Assembly (NCBI RefSeq): GCF_000017945.1
Contig: NC_009776.1
Location: forward strand, 210,001 to 242,000
From: Ignicoccus hospitalis KIN4/I
Lineage (GTDB): Archaea; Thermoproteota; Thermoprotei_A; Sulfolobales; Ignicoccaceae
Reading direction: 5' to 3'
DNA: 32,000 nucleotides
Position 1 is the first letter of the stretch; the number at the start of each line of letters is the position of its first letter. Under the pieces are notes generated by a model, which saw nothing but the letters and a program-made list of their open reading frames with translations, was not told the DNA's origin and made no database searches. The translations under genes and the position numbers were made by a program. Below are positions 1-10,404 of the stretch, piece by piece.

Positions 1-86
1 TGCGCTTGTACTTCCTACCACCAATTCATAAAGCTACACTAGGTAGCTTATTATCCTCCTCCGCTCTCGCCCCGAACCCGGGTAAC

Positions 87-2756
87 ATGCCGCAAAGGTT
101 TCGCCTCGCCCCTCGAGCGGACAAGATCATCAAAGAGATAAAGTTCGGAATACTCTCGCCGGACGAAATAAGGAAGATGGCCGTAGTGGCCGTCGTAACT
201 GACCAAGCTTACGACGAGGCCGGCATGCCCGTGGAAGGGGGCATAATGGACCCCCGTATGGGGGTCACCAGCCCCGGCCAGAGGTGTCCCACTTGTGGTA
301 ACACCCTTCACGACTGCCCCGGCCACTTCGGTTACATAGAGCTAGTGAAACCGGTAATACACTATGAGTTCGTGCCTCACATTTACGACGCCCTCCGCGC
401 CACTTGCAGAGTCTGCGGCAGAGTGAAGCTCTCCGACGAGGAGATAGATAAATTCTTGCGGTTGTATGAGAAGTTGGAAAAGAAGTGGCCTTTACTGGCT
501 AGGAGGGTAACTGCCTTCGTTAGGAAGAAGGCCGCGAAGGTGATGGAGTGCCCCCACTGCGGGGCGAAGCAGTACAAGATCAAGCTGGAGAAGCCCTACA
601 ACTTCATTGAGGAGAGGATGCCCAGGCTCCACTACTTGAACCCGGAGGAGGTGAGGAGCAGGCTGGAAAACATACCCGACAAGGACGCTAAGGTACTCGG
701 CTTCGACCCCAAAGAGGCCAGGCCGGAGTGGGCCGTACTTACCGTATTGCCCGTCCCCCCTGTCACTGTTAGGCCCTCGATTATCCTAGAAACCGGAATG
801 AGGTCGGAGGACGACCTAACACACAAGCTAGCAGACATAGTTAGGACAAACAACAAGTTGAGGGAGAACATCGAAAGCGGCGCTTCGGAGGCAATGATAG
901 AGAACTTGTGGGGCTTGCTCCAGTACCACGTGGCTACGTTCTTCGATAACGAGATCCCCGGCATCCCGCCCGCCAGGCACAGGTCGGGCAAGCCCTTGAG
1001 GACCTTGGCCCAGAGGCTCAAGGGCAAGGAAGGTAGGTTCCGTTCCAACCTCTCCGGTAAGAGGGTCGACTTCTCGGCTAGGACCGTCATCAGCCCCGAC
1101 CCTAACATATCGATAAACGAGGTAGGAGTCCCCATAGAGGTGGCCAAGACCCTCACGGTCCCGGTTAAGGTAACTCCTTGGAATATCGAAGAGATGAGGA
1201 AGTTGGTCATTAACGGCCCGGACAAGTGGCCCGGCGCCAACTACGTCATCATGAAGGACGGGCGCAGGATAGACTTGAGGTACGCCAAGGACCGCAAGAT
1301 AATTGCAGAGAGCTTGCAGCCCGGCTGGACCGTCGAGAGGCACTTGCAAGACGGGGACGTGGTGCTGTTCAACCGGCAGCCGTCCTTGCACAGGATGAGC
1401 ATAATGGCCCACTTAGTTAGGGTGCTGCCGGGCAAGACCTTCCGCCTCTGCCCGCTCGTCTGTCCCCCCTACAACGCCGACTTCGACGGCGACGAGATGA
1501 ACTTGCACGTGCCCCAGAGCGAGGAGGCGAGGGCTGAAGCGCTGGAGCTCATGCTGGTCGAGAAGCACATACTGAGCCCCAGGTACGGCGGCCCGATAAT
1601 CGGGGGCCTCCAAGATTACATCTCCGGCGCCTACTTGCTAACCACAGTCGCGACCTTGTTGGACAGGAGCGACGTGCAAGAGCTCCTAGGGGTTACGGGC
1701 TACGAGGGCGAGCTCCCGGAGCCCGCGATCTTGAGCCCCAAGACGGTGTGGACCGGGAAGCAGTTGTTCTCCGTGTTCTTGCCTAAGGACTTCAACTACT
1801 CCGGAAAGGCGAACATATCCACCGGCGAGCTCAAGTGCGACGACGAGTACTGCTTCTACGACTCCTTCGTGGTCGTCAGGGACGGAGAGCTGGTTGAAGG
1901 GGTGTTGGACAAGAAGTCCATAGGCCACGAGCAGCCTAAGAGCCTAATGCACTGGATAGTCTACGAGTACGGCCCGGAGAAGGGCAGGGAGATATACGAC
2001 AGAGCGTTCAAGATGTTCCTAAGGTTCATAGAGAAGAGGGGCTTCACCACTAGGTACGACGACGTGAGGTTGCCTCCCGAAGCTAAGAAGGAGATAGAGG
2101 AGGTCTTGAAGGAAGCTTACGAAGAAGTGGAGAAACTGATAGAGGACTTTAAGAACGGCTTGTTGGAACCCTTGCCCGGAAGGACTCTGGAGGAGACTTT
2201 GGAGTTAATGATAATGGACGTACTGGCCAAGGCAAGGGACAAGGCCGGCGAGATCGCGGCCAAGTACTTGAGCCCGCTGAACAACGCCGTAATAATGGCA
2301 AAGGCCGGAGCAAGGGGCAACATACTGAACTTGACGCAAATGGCGGCGCTGCTCGGCCAGCAGTCGGTTAGGGGGGAGAGGATCAAGAGGGGCTACCGCA
2401 AGAGGACCTTGCCGCACTTCGAGTGGGGCGACATAAGCCCGGACGCCAGAGGGTTCGTGAAGCACTCGTTCTACGAGGGCCTAACTCCCACCGAGGTGTT
2501 CTTCCACGCCGCCGGAGGTAGGGAGGGGCTGGTGGACACGGCTGTGAGGACGAGCCAGTCCGGCTACATGCAGAGGAGGCTGATAAACGCGTTACAAGAC
2601 TTGAAGGTCGACTACGACGGCACGGTTAAGGACGCTTGGGGCGCGCTTTATCAGAGCGTCTACGGCGACGACGGCGTGGACCCCATGAAGAGTGCCCACG
2701 GGGAGTCGGTCGACGTGAAGCACGTAATTGAAAAGGTCACGAAGGTGAGACTGTGA
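87..2756 (+). CDS. rpoA1: DNA-directed RNA polymerase subunit A' (Rpo1N)
   Basis: Long ORF with the catalytic motif [15 protein letters not shown] and archaeal A' N-terminus [31 protein letters not shown]. The ORF track starts at 6 (TTG), but the ATG at 87 fits the family N-terminus better. Confidence 0.98.
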   Translation: MPQRFRLAPRADKIIKEIKFGILSPDEIRKMAVVAVVTDQAYDEAGMPVEGGIMDPRMGVTSPGQRCPTCGNTLHDCPGHFGYIELVKPVIHYEFVPHIYDALRATCRVCGRVKLSDEEIDKFLRLYEKLEKKWPLLARRVTAFVRKKAAKVMECPHCGAKQYKIKLEKPYNFIEERMPRLHYLNPEEVRSRLENIPDKDAKVLGFDPKEARPEWAVLTVLPVPPVTVRPSIILETGMRSEDDLTHKLADIVRTNNKLRENIESGASEAMIENLWGLLQYHVATFFDNEIPGIPPARHRSGKPLRTLAQRLKGKEGRFRSNLSGKRVDFSARTVISPDPNISINEVGVPIEVAKTLTVPVKVTPWNIEEMRKLVINGPDKWPGANYVIMKDGRRIDLRYAKDRKIIAESLQPGWTVERHLQDGDVVLFNRQPSLHRMSIMAHLVRVLPGKTFRLCPLVCPPYNADFDGDEMNLHVPQSEEARAEALELMLVEKHILSPRYGGPIIGGLQDYISGAYLLTTVATLLDRSDVQELLGVTGYEGELPEPAILSPKTVWTGKQLFSVFLPKDFNYSGKANISTGELKCDDEYCFYDSFVVVRDGELVEGVLDKKSIGHEQPKSLMHWIVYEYGPEKGREIYDRAFKMFLRFIEKRGFTTRYDDVRLPPEAKKEIEEVLKEAYEEVEKLIEDFKNGLLEPLPGRTLEETLELMIMDVLAKARDKAGEIAAKYLSPLNNAVIMAKAGARGNILNLTQMAALLGQQSVRGERIKRGYRKRTLPHFEWGDISPDARGFVKHSFYEGLTPTEVFFHAAGGREGLVDTAVRTSQSGYMQRRLINALQDLKVDYDGTVKDAWGALYQSVYGDDGVDPMKSAHGESVDVKHVIEKVTKVRL

Positions 2757-4021
2757 GCGGGGCGGCCGAGAAGCTGGAGTACGCGTTCAAGCTGATAGAC
2801 GAGTGGGAGAGGAAGCTTTACGAGGAGTACAACATAAGGTCGAAGCCGAAGTTCATCGAAGAGCTGAGGAGGAACATCGAGAAGCTGATAGACGTAAAGC
2901 CGGAGGTCAGCGAGGAAGAGCTGAAGAAGGTAGTGGACCTGACGTTCAGGTACTTCCTGAGGGCGCAGGTCGAGCCCGGAGAGGCCGTGGGCACGGTGGC
3001 TGCCCAGTCCATAGGCGAGCCCTCCACGCAGATGACACTGAGGACCTTCCACTATGCGGGCGTAAAGGAGCTAAACGTAACCTTGGGCCTTCCTAGGCTA
3101 ATAGAGATAGTTGACGCGAGGCGCACCCCCAGCACCCCCACTATGACCGTCTACTTGGACGAGGAACACAGACACGACAAAGAGAAAGCTCTCGAAGTGG
3201 CTAGAAAGATAGAGATGACGAAGGTCGAAAACGTGGCGTCGAGCGTAGAGATAGATTGGTTCGAGACCACCATAATTGTTCGGCTCGACCCAGAGATGAT
3301 GGAGGATAAAGGAATAACGAGGGACGACGTGATCAAGGCAATAAACAGGTTGAGGATAAAGGGAAGGGCGGAGCCGGACCCCGACGACGAATACGCCGTG
3401 CTCGTGAGGCTGGACCCGGAGGCTTACACCTCCATAGGCGAGCTGCAGAAGGTAAGGGATAAGGTTCTGTCCGCTAAGATTAAGGGCATTAAAGGGATAA
3501 ACAGAGTAATCGTTCAACAGAGGGAGGATGAGTACGTCTTAGTTACCGACGGCTCTAACTTGGCCCAAGTGTTAGAGGTAGAAGGCGTGGACCCCACTCG
3601 GACGGTGAGCGACAGCATCAAGGAGATAGAAGAAGTGTTAGGTATAGAAGCCGCTAGGCAAGCAATAATAAATGAGATATTGGACGTCTTGGAGAACCAA
3701 GGTTTGGACGTGGATAGGAGGCACATAATGTTGTTAGCCGACGCGATGACTTGGAGCGGCGAGGTCAGGCAGGTGGGGAGGCACGGGATAGCCGGTACCA
3801 AGCCCAGCGTGCTCGCCAGGGCGGCCTTCGAGGTCACTGTTAAGCAGCTCGTGGACGCGGCGGTGGAAGGGGAGGTGGACGAGCTGAAGGGAGTCACTGA
3901 GAACATAATAATCGGCCAGCCGATACCGTTGGGCACCGGGATGGTGCTCTTGGCTATGAATCCGCAAGAGTTCGTGAGGAGAGTTAAAAAGAGCAGTGAA
4001 GAGCGCCAAGGGGGTGAATGA
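2753..4021 (+). CDS. rpoA2: DNA-directed RNA polymerase subunit A'' (Rpo1C)
   Basis: Contains [31 protein letters not shown]; overlaps rpoA1 by 4 nt. Confidence 0.98.
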   Translation: MSGAAEKLEYAFKLIDEWERKLYEEYNIRSKPKFIEELRRNIEKLIDVKPEVSEEELKKVVDLTFRYFLRAQVEPGEAVGTVAAQSIGEPSTQMTLRTFHYAGVKELNVTLGLPRLIEIVDARRTPSTPTMTVYLDEEHRHDKEKALEVARKIEMTKVENVASSVEIDWFETTIIVRLDPEMMEDKGITRDDVIKAINRLRIKGRAEPDPDDEYAVLVRLDPEAYTSIGELQKVRDKVLSAKIKGIKGINRVIVQQREDEYVLVTDGSNLAQVLEVEGVDPTRTVSDSIKEIEEVLGIEAARQAIINEILDVLENQGLDVDRRHIMLLADAMTWSGEVRQVGRHGIAGTKPSVLARAAFEVTVKQLVDAAVEGEVDELKGVTENIIIGQPIPLGTGMVLLAMNPQEFVRRVKKSSEERQGGE

Positions 4022-4341
4022 CCGTGACCGCGATAGAGGCCGAGTTGAAGACTGCCTTGAGAACGGGAAAAGTGGTCTTGGGCGCTAAACAAACCATAAA
4101 GTTGTTGAAGACCGGGAAGGCCAAGGCGGCCATAGTCTCGGCCGGGGCTCCTCCGATAGTGAGGAGGGACGTGCTGTACTACGCCAAGCTCAGCAACATA
4201 CCGGTGTACGTGTACCCCGGGACCAGCAAGGAGCTGGGCACGCTGTGCGCCAAGCCCTTCGTCGTGAGCGCCCTCGCGGTAGTAGACGAGGGCGACTCTA
4301 AAATAGTGGACGCAATAAAAGCCGAGAGCAGGGTTGAGTGA
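4018..4341 (+). CDS. rpl30e: Ribosomal protein L30e
   Basis: 107 aa, [30 protein letters not shown]; 4-nt overlap with rpoA2 and conserved operon position. Confidence 0.95.
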   Translation: MTVTAIEAELKTALRTGKVVLGAKQTIKLLKTGKAKAAIVSAGAPPIVRRDVLYYAKLSNIPVYVYPGTSKELGTLCAKPFVVSALAVVDEGDSKIVDAIKAESRVE

Positions 4342-4774
4342 AATGCCGGATATAGTCCTCACCCCGGAAGAGTTTAGGTACATGCAGACCTTCGCTACGC
4401 TGACCGGAGTGACGCCCGTCGACTGCATAGTGGACCCGACCTTTGATAGAATAATCTTCCTAGTGAAGCCGGAGGACGTGGGAAGGGCGATAGGCAAGAG
4501 GGGCTTTATGGTTAGAAAGTTGAAGGAAATATTGAAGAAGCAGATAGAGATAGTCCCCTACAGCGACAACATTGAAGAGATGGTAAAGAACGCCTTGGCC
4601 CCGGCTAGGGTGATTGGAGTCAGGGTGAGCAAGACTCCAAAGGGGAAGGTCGTGTACGCCAGAGTGAACCCCAAGGATAAGGGAGTGGCCATAGGTAAGG
4701 AGGGCCGAAACGTCGCCAAGGCCCGTTTAATCCTTAAAAGACACTTCGATGTGGACTCGCTCGTGGTGGTCTGA
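4334..4774 (+). CDS. nusA: NusA-like KH-domain transcription factor
   Basis: 146 aa with KH motifs VGRAIGKRGFMVRKLKE and GVAIGKEGRNVAKAR; conserved position after rpl30e. Confidence 0.93.
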   Translation: MSEMPDIVLTPEEFRYMQTFATLTGVTPVDCIVDPTFDRIIFLVKPEDVGRAIGKRGFMVRKLKEILKKQIEIVPYSDNIEEMVKNALAPARVIGVRVSKTPKGKVVYARVNPKDKGVAIGKEGRNVAKARLILKRHFDVDSLVVV

Positions 4775-4788
4775 GGGGGTGAGGTGCG

Positions 4789-5232
4789 ATGCCCGGTAAG
4801 AAAGCTCCCAACGGACTGTTCGCGGCTAGGAAGCTGGAGAGGAAGAGGCTCAAGTTCAGGTGGAGCCAGAGGGAGTTCAAGAGGAGGATGTTGAAGCTCA
4901 AGGAGAAGTACGACCCACTGGAAGGGGCTCCAATGGCACGCGGGATAGTCCTCGAGAAGGTAGGCGTGGAGGCGCGTAAGCCTAACTCCGCAGTGAGGAA
5001 GTGCGTGAGGGTGCAATTGGTTAAGAACGGGAAGGTAGTAACGGCCTTCGTGCCCGGGGACGGCGGCCTCAACGTGATATCCGAACACGACGAGGTGGTG
5101 ATAGTCGGCATAGGAGGGCCCAGAGGGAGGTCGATGGGTGACATCCCGGGAGTTAGGTACAAAGTCGTGCTGGTGAACGGGGTATCCTTGGACGCCATCC
5201 TGAAGGGTAAAAAACAGAAGCCCGTGAGGTAA
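4789..5232 (+). CDS. rps12: Ribosomal protein S12
   Basis: 147 aa with [14 protein letters not shown] and [16 protein letters not shown], and GVRYKVV near the C-terminus. Confidence 0.97.
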   Translation: MPGKKAPNGLFAARKLERKRLKFRWSQREFKRRMLKLKEKYDPLEGAPMARGIVLEKVGVEARKPNSAVRKCVRVQLVKNGKVVTAFVPGDGGLNVISEHDEVVIVGIGGPRGRSMGDIPGVRYKVVLVNGVSLDAILKGKKQKPVR

Positions 5233-5235
5233 GGT

Positions 5236-5745
5236 TCAGTCCTCGTAGTCCCCGACTTCCCCGTACTCCCTCTCCAAGAGTTTTTCGTCAACGTATATGG
5301 GCTTGTCGGTTATCAAGGCCAAATATATGGCGTGGCTGGGTATCATGGGTATCGAGAGCTTCACCGAACCCAAGTTCAAGAACAGCTTGGCGGTGTAAAG
5401 GCCGCTGTCCTCGTCGAGTTCGTCTATTACGACCTTCTCTATAACGCTCTTAAAATTCTCTATCACGCTCTCGAAGTACGGCAATATGTCGAAGAGGGAG
5501 TTCCTCGCGTTCCGGGGGACCTCCCCGAAACCCTCCTTCAAGTTCTTGATAGCGTACACTATCTCTATGGGGATGTAGTACAAGCGGAAGGTCCTAGAGT
5601 CTTCAAGCTTACAAATCATGACGGTGATAGGCGTTAGGTGGGCGTTTTGGTATATTTCTTCTATCCTCGCGTCTACGTCGACGACCCTAACCAGCCTGCC
5701 CTCCAAGGCGCTCGCTCCCTCCGTCTGCCTCGGTTTTGGGATCAA
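5236..5745 (-). CDS. Bifunctional nuclease / DUF151 domain protein
   Basis: 169 aa; C-terminal [27 protein letters not shown] resembles the DUF151 '(P)SDAIxLAL..PIYV' segment. True start may be the in-frame TTG near 5706. Confidence 0.65.
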   Translation of the reverse strand: MIPKPRQTEGASALEGRLVRVVDVDARIEEIYQNAHLTPITVMICKLEDSRTFRLYYIPIEIVYAIKNLKEGFGEVPRNARNSLFDILPYFESVIENFKSVIEKVVIDELDEDSGLYTAKLFLNLGSVKLSIPMIPSHAIYLALITDKPIYVDEKLLEREYGEVGDYED

Positions 5746-5747
5746 AG

Positions 5748-5757
5748 CCTTAAAACG
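5748..5757 (+). promoter_or_regulatory. Candidate TATA element for rps7
   Basis: CCTTAAAACG about 35-43 nt upstream of the 5791 ATG; could also serve the minus-strand DUF151 gene if that starts near 5706. Confidence 0.35.
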
Positions 5758-5790
5758 TGGGAGCGCAAAGCGCTAGCGGGTCACGAAGGC

Positions 5791-6378
5791 ATGGAGAGGG
5801 AAACTATAAGTCCCTTGGAGCCCAAGTTGTTCGGCAAGTGGGACTACGACGGCGTGGAGATAAGGGACCCTAGCCTTAAGAAGTACATATGCTTGAAGCC
5901 CGTGTGGACCCCGTACACCGCCGGTAGACACGAGAAGAGGAGGTTCGGGAAGGCCGAGGTCCCCATAGTGGAGAGGTTGATAAACAAGCTCATGAGGCCT
6001 GGAAGGAACATGGGCAAGAAGGCCAAGCTCTACAGCGTGGTGGAGAGGGCCTTCGACTTGATATACTTGATGACCGGGCAGAACCCCCTGCAAGTGCTCG
6101 TGAGGGCCATTGAAAACTCCGCCCCTAGGGAAGAGACCACCAGGATAATGTACGGCGGTATAGTCTACCACGTGGCTGTGGACGTAAGCCCCCAGAGGAG
6201 GGTAGACCTAGCTCTGAGGTTCCTAACCGAAGGCGCCAGGATGAAGGCGTTCAAGAGTCAGAAGCCCTTGGAGGAGACTCTCGCGGAAGAGATAGTGGCC
6301 GCGGCTAACGACGACCCCAAGAGCTACGCTATACAAAAGAAGGAGGAAATCGAGAGGATAGCGCTCTCCTCGCGCTAA
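5791..6378 (+). CDS. rps7: Ribosomal protein S7
   Basis: [48 protein letters not shown]; ATG at 5791 preferred over the track start at 5638, which overlaps the antisense DUF151 gene. Confidence 0.95.
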   Translation: MERETISPLEPKLFGKWDYDGVEIRDPSLKKYICLKPVWTPYTAGRHEKRRFGKAEVPIVERLINKLMRPGRNMGKKAKLYSVVERAFDLIYLMTGQNPLQVLVRAIENSAPREETTRIMYGGIVYHVAVDVSPQRRVDLALRFLTEGARMKAFKSQKPLEETLAEEIVAAANDDPKSYAIQKKEEIERIALSSR

Positions 6379-6381
6379 CCT

Positions 6382-6404
6382 TCATTCCTTTTTCCTTTCT
6401 TCGG
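6382..6404 (+). terminator. Candidate T-rich archaeal terminator after rps7
   Basis: Pyrimidine/T-rich run CTTCATTCCTTTTTCCTTTCTTC immediately after the rps7 stop. Confidence 0.4.
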
Positions 6405-6446
6405 CTATTTATCCCGGGCCGGCGCCTACACTGTGACGGGTGACCA

Positions 6447-7658
6447 GTGCTGACCGCGGACCTCGACGACATACTCGACGACGTCTTCGAACGGGTGACC
6501 AGCTCGAGGATATTCAAGAACAGGGACGTGCTGCTGCCGGATTACTTGCCTAACAAGCTTCCCCATAGAGAAGAACAAATAAGGAAGGTGGCCAGCGTCC
6601 TAGCCCAAGCCCTCAAGGGCTACAAGCCGAACAACTTGTTCATATATGGCCTCACGGGCACCGGTAAGACAGCGGTCGTAAAGCTGGTAGTCAAGAAGTT
6701 AAGTGAGAAAGCCGTCGAGAAGGGAGTTAAATTGAAAATAACCTTCATCAACACCAAGAGGGACGATACCCCGTATAGGGTGCTAGCGAGGATGCTGGAG
6801 GACATAGGGATAAGGGTACCCCCGACGGGAGTGGCGACGGCGGAGCTCTACTCGAGGTTCAAGAAGTTCCTGGACAAGAAGGGAACTTTGATGATACTCG
6901 TGTTAGACGAGATAGACTATCACGTAAAGAAGTACGGCGACGACTTGCTCTACAAGCTGACCAGGATAAACGAGGAGCTCCAAAGGTCCAAGGTATCCTT
7001 GGTTGGAATAACGAACGACGTCAACTTCACCAGCTGGCTCGACCCTAGGGTAAAGTCCTCCTTGGGCGAGGAGGAGCTCGTGTTCCCCCCGTACACGGCC
7101 GAGCAGCTGAGGGACATATTGAAGGACAGGGCGGAGATGGCGTTCGTAGAGGGGGTGCTGGGGGAGGGAGTGATAGAGCTCTGCGCGGCCTTGGCTGCTA
7201 GGGAAAACGGGGACGCTAGGAAGGCCCTCGACTTGTTGAGGATATCCGGCGAAATAGCCGAGAGGAGCGGCTCCTCGAAGGTTACCGTAGAGCACGTCAG
7301 GAGGGCTTGGGAGCAGATGGAGAAGGACAGGGTGGTGGAGATAGTGAAGAGCTTGCCCTTACACAGCAAGTTGATACTGTATTCCATACTCCTCTTGACG
7401 AAGGGCGGGAAGACCACCTACACCGGCGAGGTGTACCGCAAGTACAAGGAGCTGACCGCGGAGCTCGGGATAGAGACCCTAACGCTTAGGAGGGTCGGCG
7501 ACTTGATTTCGGAGTTAGACATGTTGGGGCTCATCTCCACCGAGGTGGTGAGCAGGGGGAGGAGGGGGCTCACTCGAGTGATCAGCTTGGAGAGCGACCC
7601 AGAGGCTATAAGAAAGGGGCTGCTCGTGGACCCCACGGTGGCCGAGGTCGCCGGTTAG
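6447..7658 (+). CDS. cdc6: Orc1/Cdc6-type replication initiator AAA+ ATPase
   Basis: 403 aa; Walker A IYGLTGTGKTAVVK, Walker B TLMILVLDEIDY, C-terminal winged-helix-like region. Confidence 0.93.
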   Translation: MLTADLDDILDDVFERVTSSRIFKNRDVLLPDYLPNKLPHREEQIRKVASVLAQALKGYKPNNLFIYGLTGTGKTAVVKLVVKKLSEKAVEKGVKLKITFINTKRDDTPYRVLARMLEDIGIRVPPTGVATAELYSRFKKFLDKKGTLMILVLDEIDYHVKKYGDDLLYKLTRINEELQRSKVSLVGITNDVNFTSWLDPRVKSSLGEEELVFPPYTAEQLRDILKDRAEMAFVEGVLGEGVIELCAALAARENGDARKALDLLRISGEIAERSGSSKVTVEHVRRAWEQMEKDRVVEIVKSLPLHSKLILYSILLLTKGGKTTYTGEVYRKYKELTAELGIETLTLRRVGDLISELDMLGLISTEVVSRGRRGLTRVISLESDPEAIRKGLLVDPTVAEVAG

Positions 7659-7725
7659 CTTTGACGACGGTCGCCCCTCCGCGGCGTGTCCGGTCGTAGC
7701 CCTCCAGACCGCCCTCTGGCCCCCC

Positions 7726-8178
7726 GTGGTCGTAAGGCTCCAAGCGCACGCGTTCAAGAAGGACCCCGGCGACGTGACTGGGGCCTTCTTGCCTTTGGCC
7801 GAGGGCGACGTCGTGATAATAGATAGCATAACCATCTGTGGCTTGGGCTACGTGGACCCCTCGAAGTTCGAAAGGGCAGTGGTGGTGAGTAAGTTCGTAC
7901 CCCGCGTGACCAAGGCTGTGCCGGTAGCCAGGAGGCTCTACGGCGACGACCGCTTTCGGGAGGTAGCGGAGGAGTACCTAAGGAGGGTGAAGTGCTTCAA
8001 GAGGGGGCCCCACAAGCTCTGCGTCGCGCCTTACGGGATGGACTACCAAGAGGCATTGAAAATAATTGAAGAGAGGAGCGTTAGGAGGGGGCTGCCGGAA
8101 GAGGTGATACTAGCACACGAGCTGGCCTCGGCGGCGGGGCTCTGGCTCACGCGAGCCCCTTCTCCACTAGGAAGTTAG
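7726..8178 (+). CDS. Hypothetical protein (150 aa)
   Basis: GTG-start ORF in the gap between cdc6 and prs with plausible codon usage; its 3' end overlaps convergent prs by 32 bp. No family recognised. Confidence 0.55.
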   Translation: MVVRLQAHAFKKDPGDVTGAFLPLAEGDVVIIDSITICGLGYVDPSKFERAVVVSKFVPRVTKAVPVARRLYGDDRFREVAEEYLRRVKCFKRGPHKLCVAPYGMDYQEALKIIEERSVRRGLPEEVILAHELASAAGLWLTRAPSPLGS

Positions 8179-9043
8179 ATAGGTACTCACTCACGTCTAT
8201 TACCTTAGTTATCGTCGGATAGTCCCTAGCTAGGGTATTAGCCGTTATGACCCTCTCCACTCCGGCCTCCCGGAGCTTGTTCTCCGCGTCGCCCACCATG
8301 AGCGCGTGCGCGACCAGCGCTAGGACCCTCTTGGCCCCGGCCGCCTTGAGCTGCTTCGCCGCCAAGGCCAGCGTTGAGCCAGTGGACACCATGTCGTCTA
8401 CTATTATTACGGTCTTGCCCTCCGCGCTTATCTCCTTAGGCCTTATGGTCACTTCGCCCGTCACTCTGTCCCTCCTCTTCTCCAAGTAGTCCCAAGGCGC
8501 CTTTAGAACGGACGCGACGCTCTTCGCCCTAGCAGTGGCGCCCCGGTCCGGGGCGAGCACCAAGGGGTCCTCGACCTCGTCTTTTATCTTTTCGGCTAAG
8601 TAAGGTAAGACGCTGACGTTGAACGCTCCCCCTCCGAACTCGCTCAAGGAGTACTCTTTGTGTATGTCCACTACTACCAAGTAGTCCAAGTCTAGGTTAG
8701 AAAGCGTCTTGAGCAAGGTCTTTATCGAGACGGGCTCCCCCTCCCTGAACCTCCTGTCTTGCCTTGCGTAGGGCATGTAGGGCATGAGCAAGGTCACGCT
8801 CTCGGCGCCTAGGTCCTTGAGGGTATCTATGGTGAGCAAGACTTCTATTACCCTATCGTTTTGGTCGGGGAAGCCGGTGTGTACGACCAGTACGTCCTCG
8901 CCCGAGACGGGTATGGGTATGCGCACGTAGCTCTCCCCGTCCGGGAACTTCTTCCTCTCTATGAAGTGGGCCTCGGCGTTCAAGGAAGCCACCAAGCCGT
9001 CGCACAGCCCCTTGGGCGGGGTCAAGCATAGCACCTTACCCAC
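8147..9043 (-). CDS. prs: Ribose-phosphate pyrophosphokinase
   Basis: 298 aa; FIERKKFPDGESYVRI, PYARQDRRF, and PRPP-binding VIIVDDMVSTGSTL. Confidence 0.97.
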   Translation of the reverse strand: MGKVLCLTPPKGLCDGLVASLNAEAHFIERKKFPDGESYVRIPIPVSGEDVLVVHTGFPDQNDRVIEVLLTIDTLKDLGAESVTLLMPYMPYARQDRRFREGEPVSIKTLLKTLSNLDLDYLVVVDIHKEYSLSEFGGGAFNVSVLPYLAEKIKDEVEDPLVLAPDRGATARAKSVASVLKAPWDYLEKRRDRVTGEVTIRPKEISAEGKTVIIVDDMVSTGSTLALAAKQLKAAGAKRVLALVAHALMVGDAENKLREAGVERVITANTLARDYPTITKVIDVSEYLSNFLVEKGLA

Positions 9044-9076
9044 TGCCTTCTCCCGGTTCCGGGGACGAGGGGGAGC

Positions 9077-10117
9077 CTATAGAGAAATGGGGAAGCGCAG
9101 CAAACACACCACGTCGCCGAAGGGCCTCAGCCTCTCCCAAGCCTCGGTCCCCTTGGGCACTATTATCACTTCCGCGCCCTTCTTCTCCGCGAGCTCCACC
9201 AACTCCACCGCCCTCTCCCCTAAGTCGGGGGAGTGCAAGAGGTCGTCCGATATTATGAGGGTTTTAACCGCGTTCGCTTGGGCGGCGGTCATACAGTCGT
9301 CGACCCCGTAGAGCGCGTACCCGTCGCCCCGGGCGACGTGTTTCACGAACTCCTCGAGGGCCTCGAGAGCTTTGATGCTCTCCAGCTCCTTCGCGACCCC
9401 CCTCAAGGAGCCCTTCCTTATCGCCTCTAAGACGCCCGCCCTCCCCCCGGAGGAGGCGCTGTCCACCTTAACCTTGAAGCCTTCCTCGGACAAGCGTTGG
9501 GCGACCTTGTCCTTAAGGAACCCGGGGCCCACCACTACCACGTGGTCGAGGTTTCTTAACTTCAGCTCCTCAGAAACCCTCTTCGCCAGCTCGTTTATCT
9601 TCCTCTCGGTCGCCGCCTCGCGGCCCTCGTCCCCCTTCCCCGGGAGCCTGAGGGAGCCCTCGAAGACCCACTCTATTCCTTGTCCCCTGACCACCGCTAA
9701 GGAGTACTCGTCGTAGTCCACAGCGAGGACCGGGACTTGGGGCTTCCTCTCCTCCCCCTTCTTGAGCCTCTCCAAGAGCTGCGCGAGGCCCCTCTCCCTA
9801 ATTATGGTTATCTCCTTCCCCGGGTAGACCTTTATCGCGTGGTGCGAGCCTATTAAGCCGAACTTGTCCGGCCCCTCTACGACTACCCCCTTGACCCTCA
9901 ATACGTTGCTGAACGCTTGGAACTCCGAGCCCGTGACCTTAATGGTCAACGTCATGGGTATCTTTTCCTTGCCGGAGCTCCCCGCCACGCTCCTGGCGGT
10001 CCTCGCCCGGACCAAGTCCCCGGGCCTCAAGGCGCTGTGTAAGATCCACACGTCCTCCTCGTCTTCCACCCTTACCTTGACTTCCCCCTTAGACTCGTTG
10101 ACCTCTAAGACTCGCAC
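9077..10117 (-). CDS. pelA: Pelota/Dom34 family mRNA surveillance protein
   Basis: 346 aa; N-terminal DEEDVWILHSALRPGDLVRARTARSV and C-terminal eRF1-like domain with HSPDLGERAVELVELAEKKGAEVIIVP. Confidence 0.95.
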   Translation of the reverse strand: MRVLEVNESKGEVKVRVEDEEDVWILHSALRPGDLVRARTARSVAGSSGKEKIPMTLTIKVTGSEFQAFSNVLRVKGVVVEGPDKFGLIGSHHAIKVYPGKEITIIRERGLAQLLERLKKGEERKPQVPVLAVDYDEYSLAVVRGQGIEWVFEGSLRLPGKGDEGREAATERKINELAKRVSEELKLRNLDHVVVVGPGFLKDKVAQRLSEEGFKVKVDSASSGGRAGVLEAIRKGSLRGVAKELESIKALEALEEFVKHVARGDGYALYGVDDCMTAAQANAVKTLIISDDLLHSPDLGERAVELVELAEKKGAEVIIVPKGTEAWERLRPFGDVVCLLRFPISL

Positions 10118-10202
10118 TTTGGACCCCGGAGGGCCTTCCGGGAAGAGTTAATTCGTTGGGACGCGGCGCTCGAGGAATGTAAGCCGTGAGAGGCTTTGGT
10201 GG

Positions 10203-10298
10203 GGCCGCCGCCGGGATTTGAACCCGGGACCTCGGGATCTCCGCGGCCTCAGCCGGGCCTCCACAGTCCCGCGCTCTAACCAGCTGAGCTACGGCGGC
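10203..10298 (-). tRNA. tRNA-His(GUG) with a ~22-nt intron
   Basis: Minus strand: GCCGCCG-UA-GCUC-AGCUGGUUA-GAGC-G-CGGGA-CU-GUG-G[intron]A-UCCCG-AGGUC-CCGGG-UUCAAAU-CCCGG-CGGCGGC-C. All four stems pair. A G is encoded at -1 (complement of 10299) opposite C73, the tRNA-His identity pair. Confidence 0.93.
10239..10260 (-). other. Predicted tRNA-His intron (between positions 37 and 38)
   Basis: Removing AGGCCCGGCUGAGGCCGCGGAG restores a 7-nt anticodon loop CUGUGGA and a 74-nt tRNA. Confidence 0.75.
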
Positions 10299-10339
10299 CA
10301 GCTTCCGGGCGGCGCCCCAGCGTTCCGCTCCCTGGAAGG

Positions 10340-10349
10340 TTTAAAAAGT
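10340..10349 (-). promoter_or_regulatory. Candidate TATA element for tRNA-His
   Basis: Minus-strand CTTTTTAAAC-like AT-rich element about 42 nt upstream of the tRNA 5' end in otherwise GC-rich DNA. Confidence 0.45.
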
Positions 10350-10404
10350 TGGAGCACGGGACCGCGCCGGAGCCTCGGCCCCGAGGGTTCGGAACTCTGA
10401 GCCT

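Noticed and set aside
632-1412. Long minus-strand ORFs (202 and 194 aa) inside rpoA1
   Set aside because: Shadow ORFs opposite a highly conserved coding gene in GC-rich DNA; translations are low-complexity with no family signal.
5638-5790. 51-aa N-terminal extension of the rps7 ORF ([16 protein letters not shown]...)
   Set aside because: Lies antisense to the DUF151 gene and is not S7-like; the ATG at 5791 fits S7 with a TATA-like element upstream.
6379-6446. Replication origin next to cdc6
   Set aside because: The intergenic gap is only 68 bp with a T-rich run and a TATA-like element; no repeated ORB-like motif could be read in it or in the short gap after cdc6.
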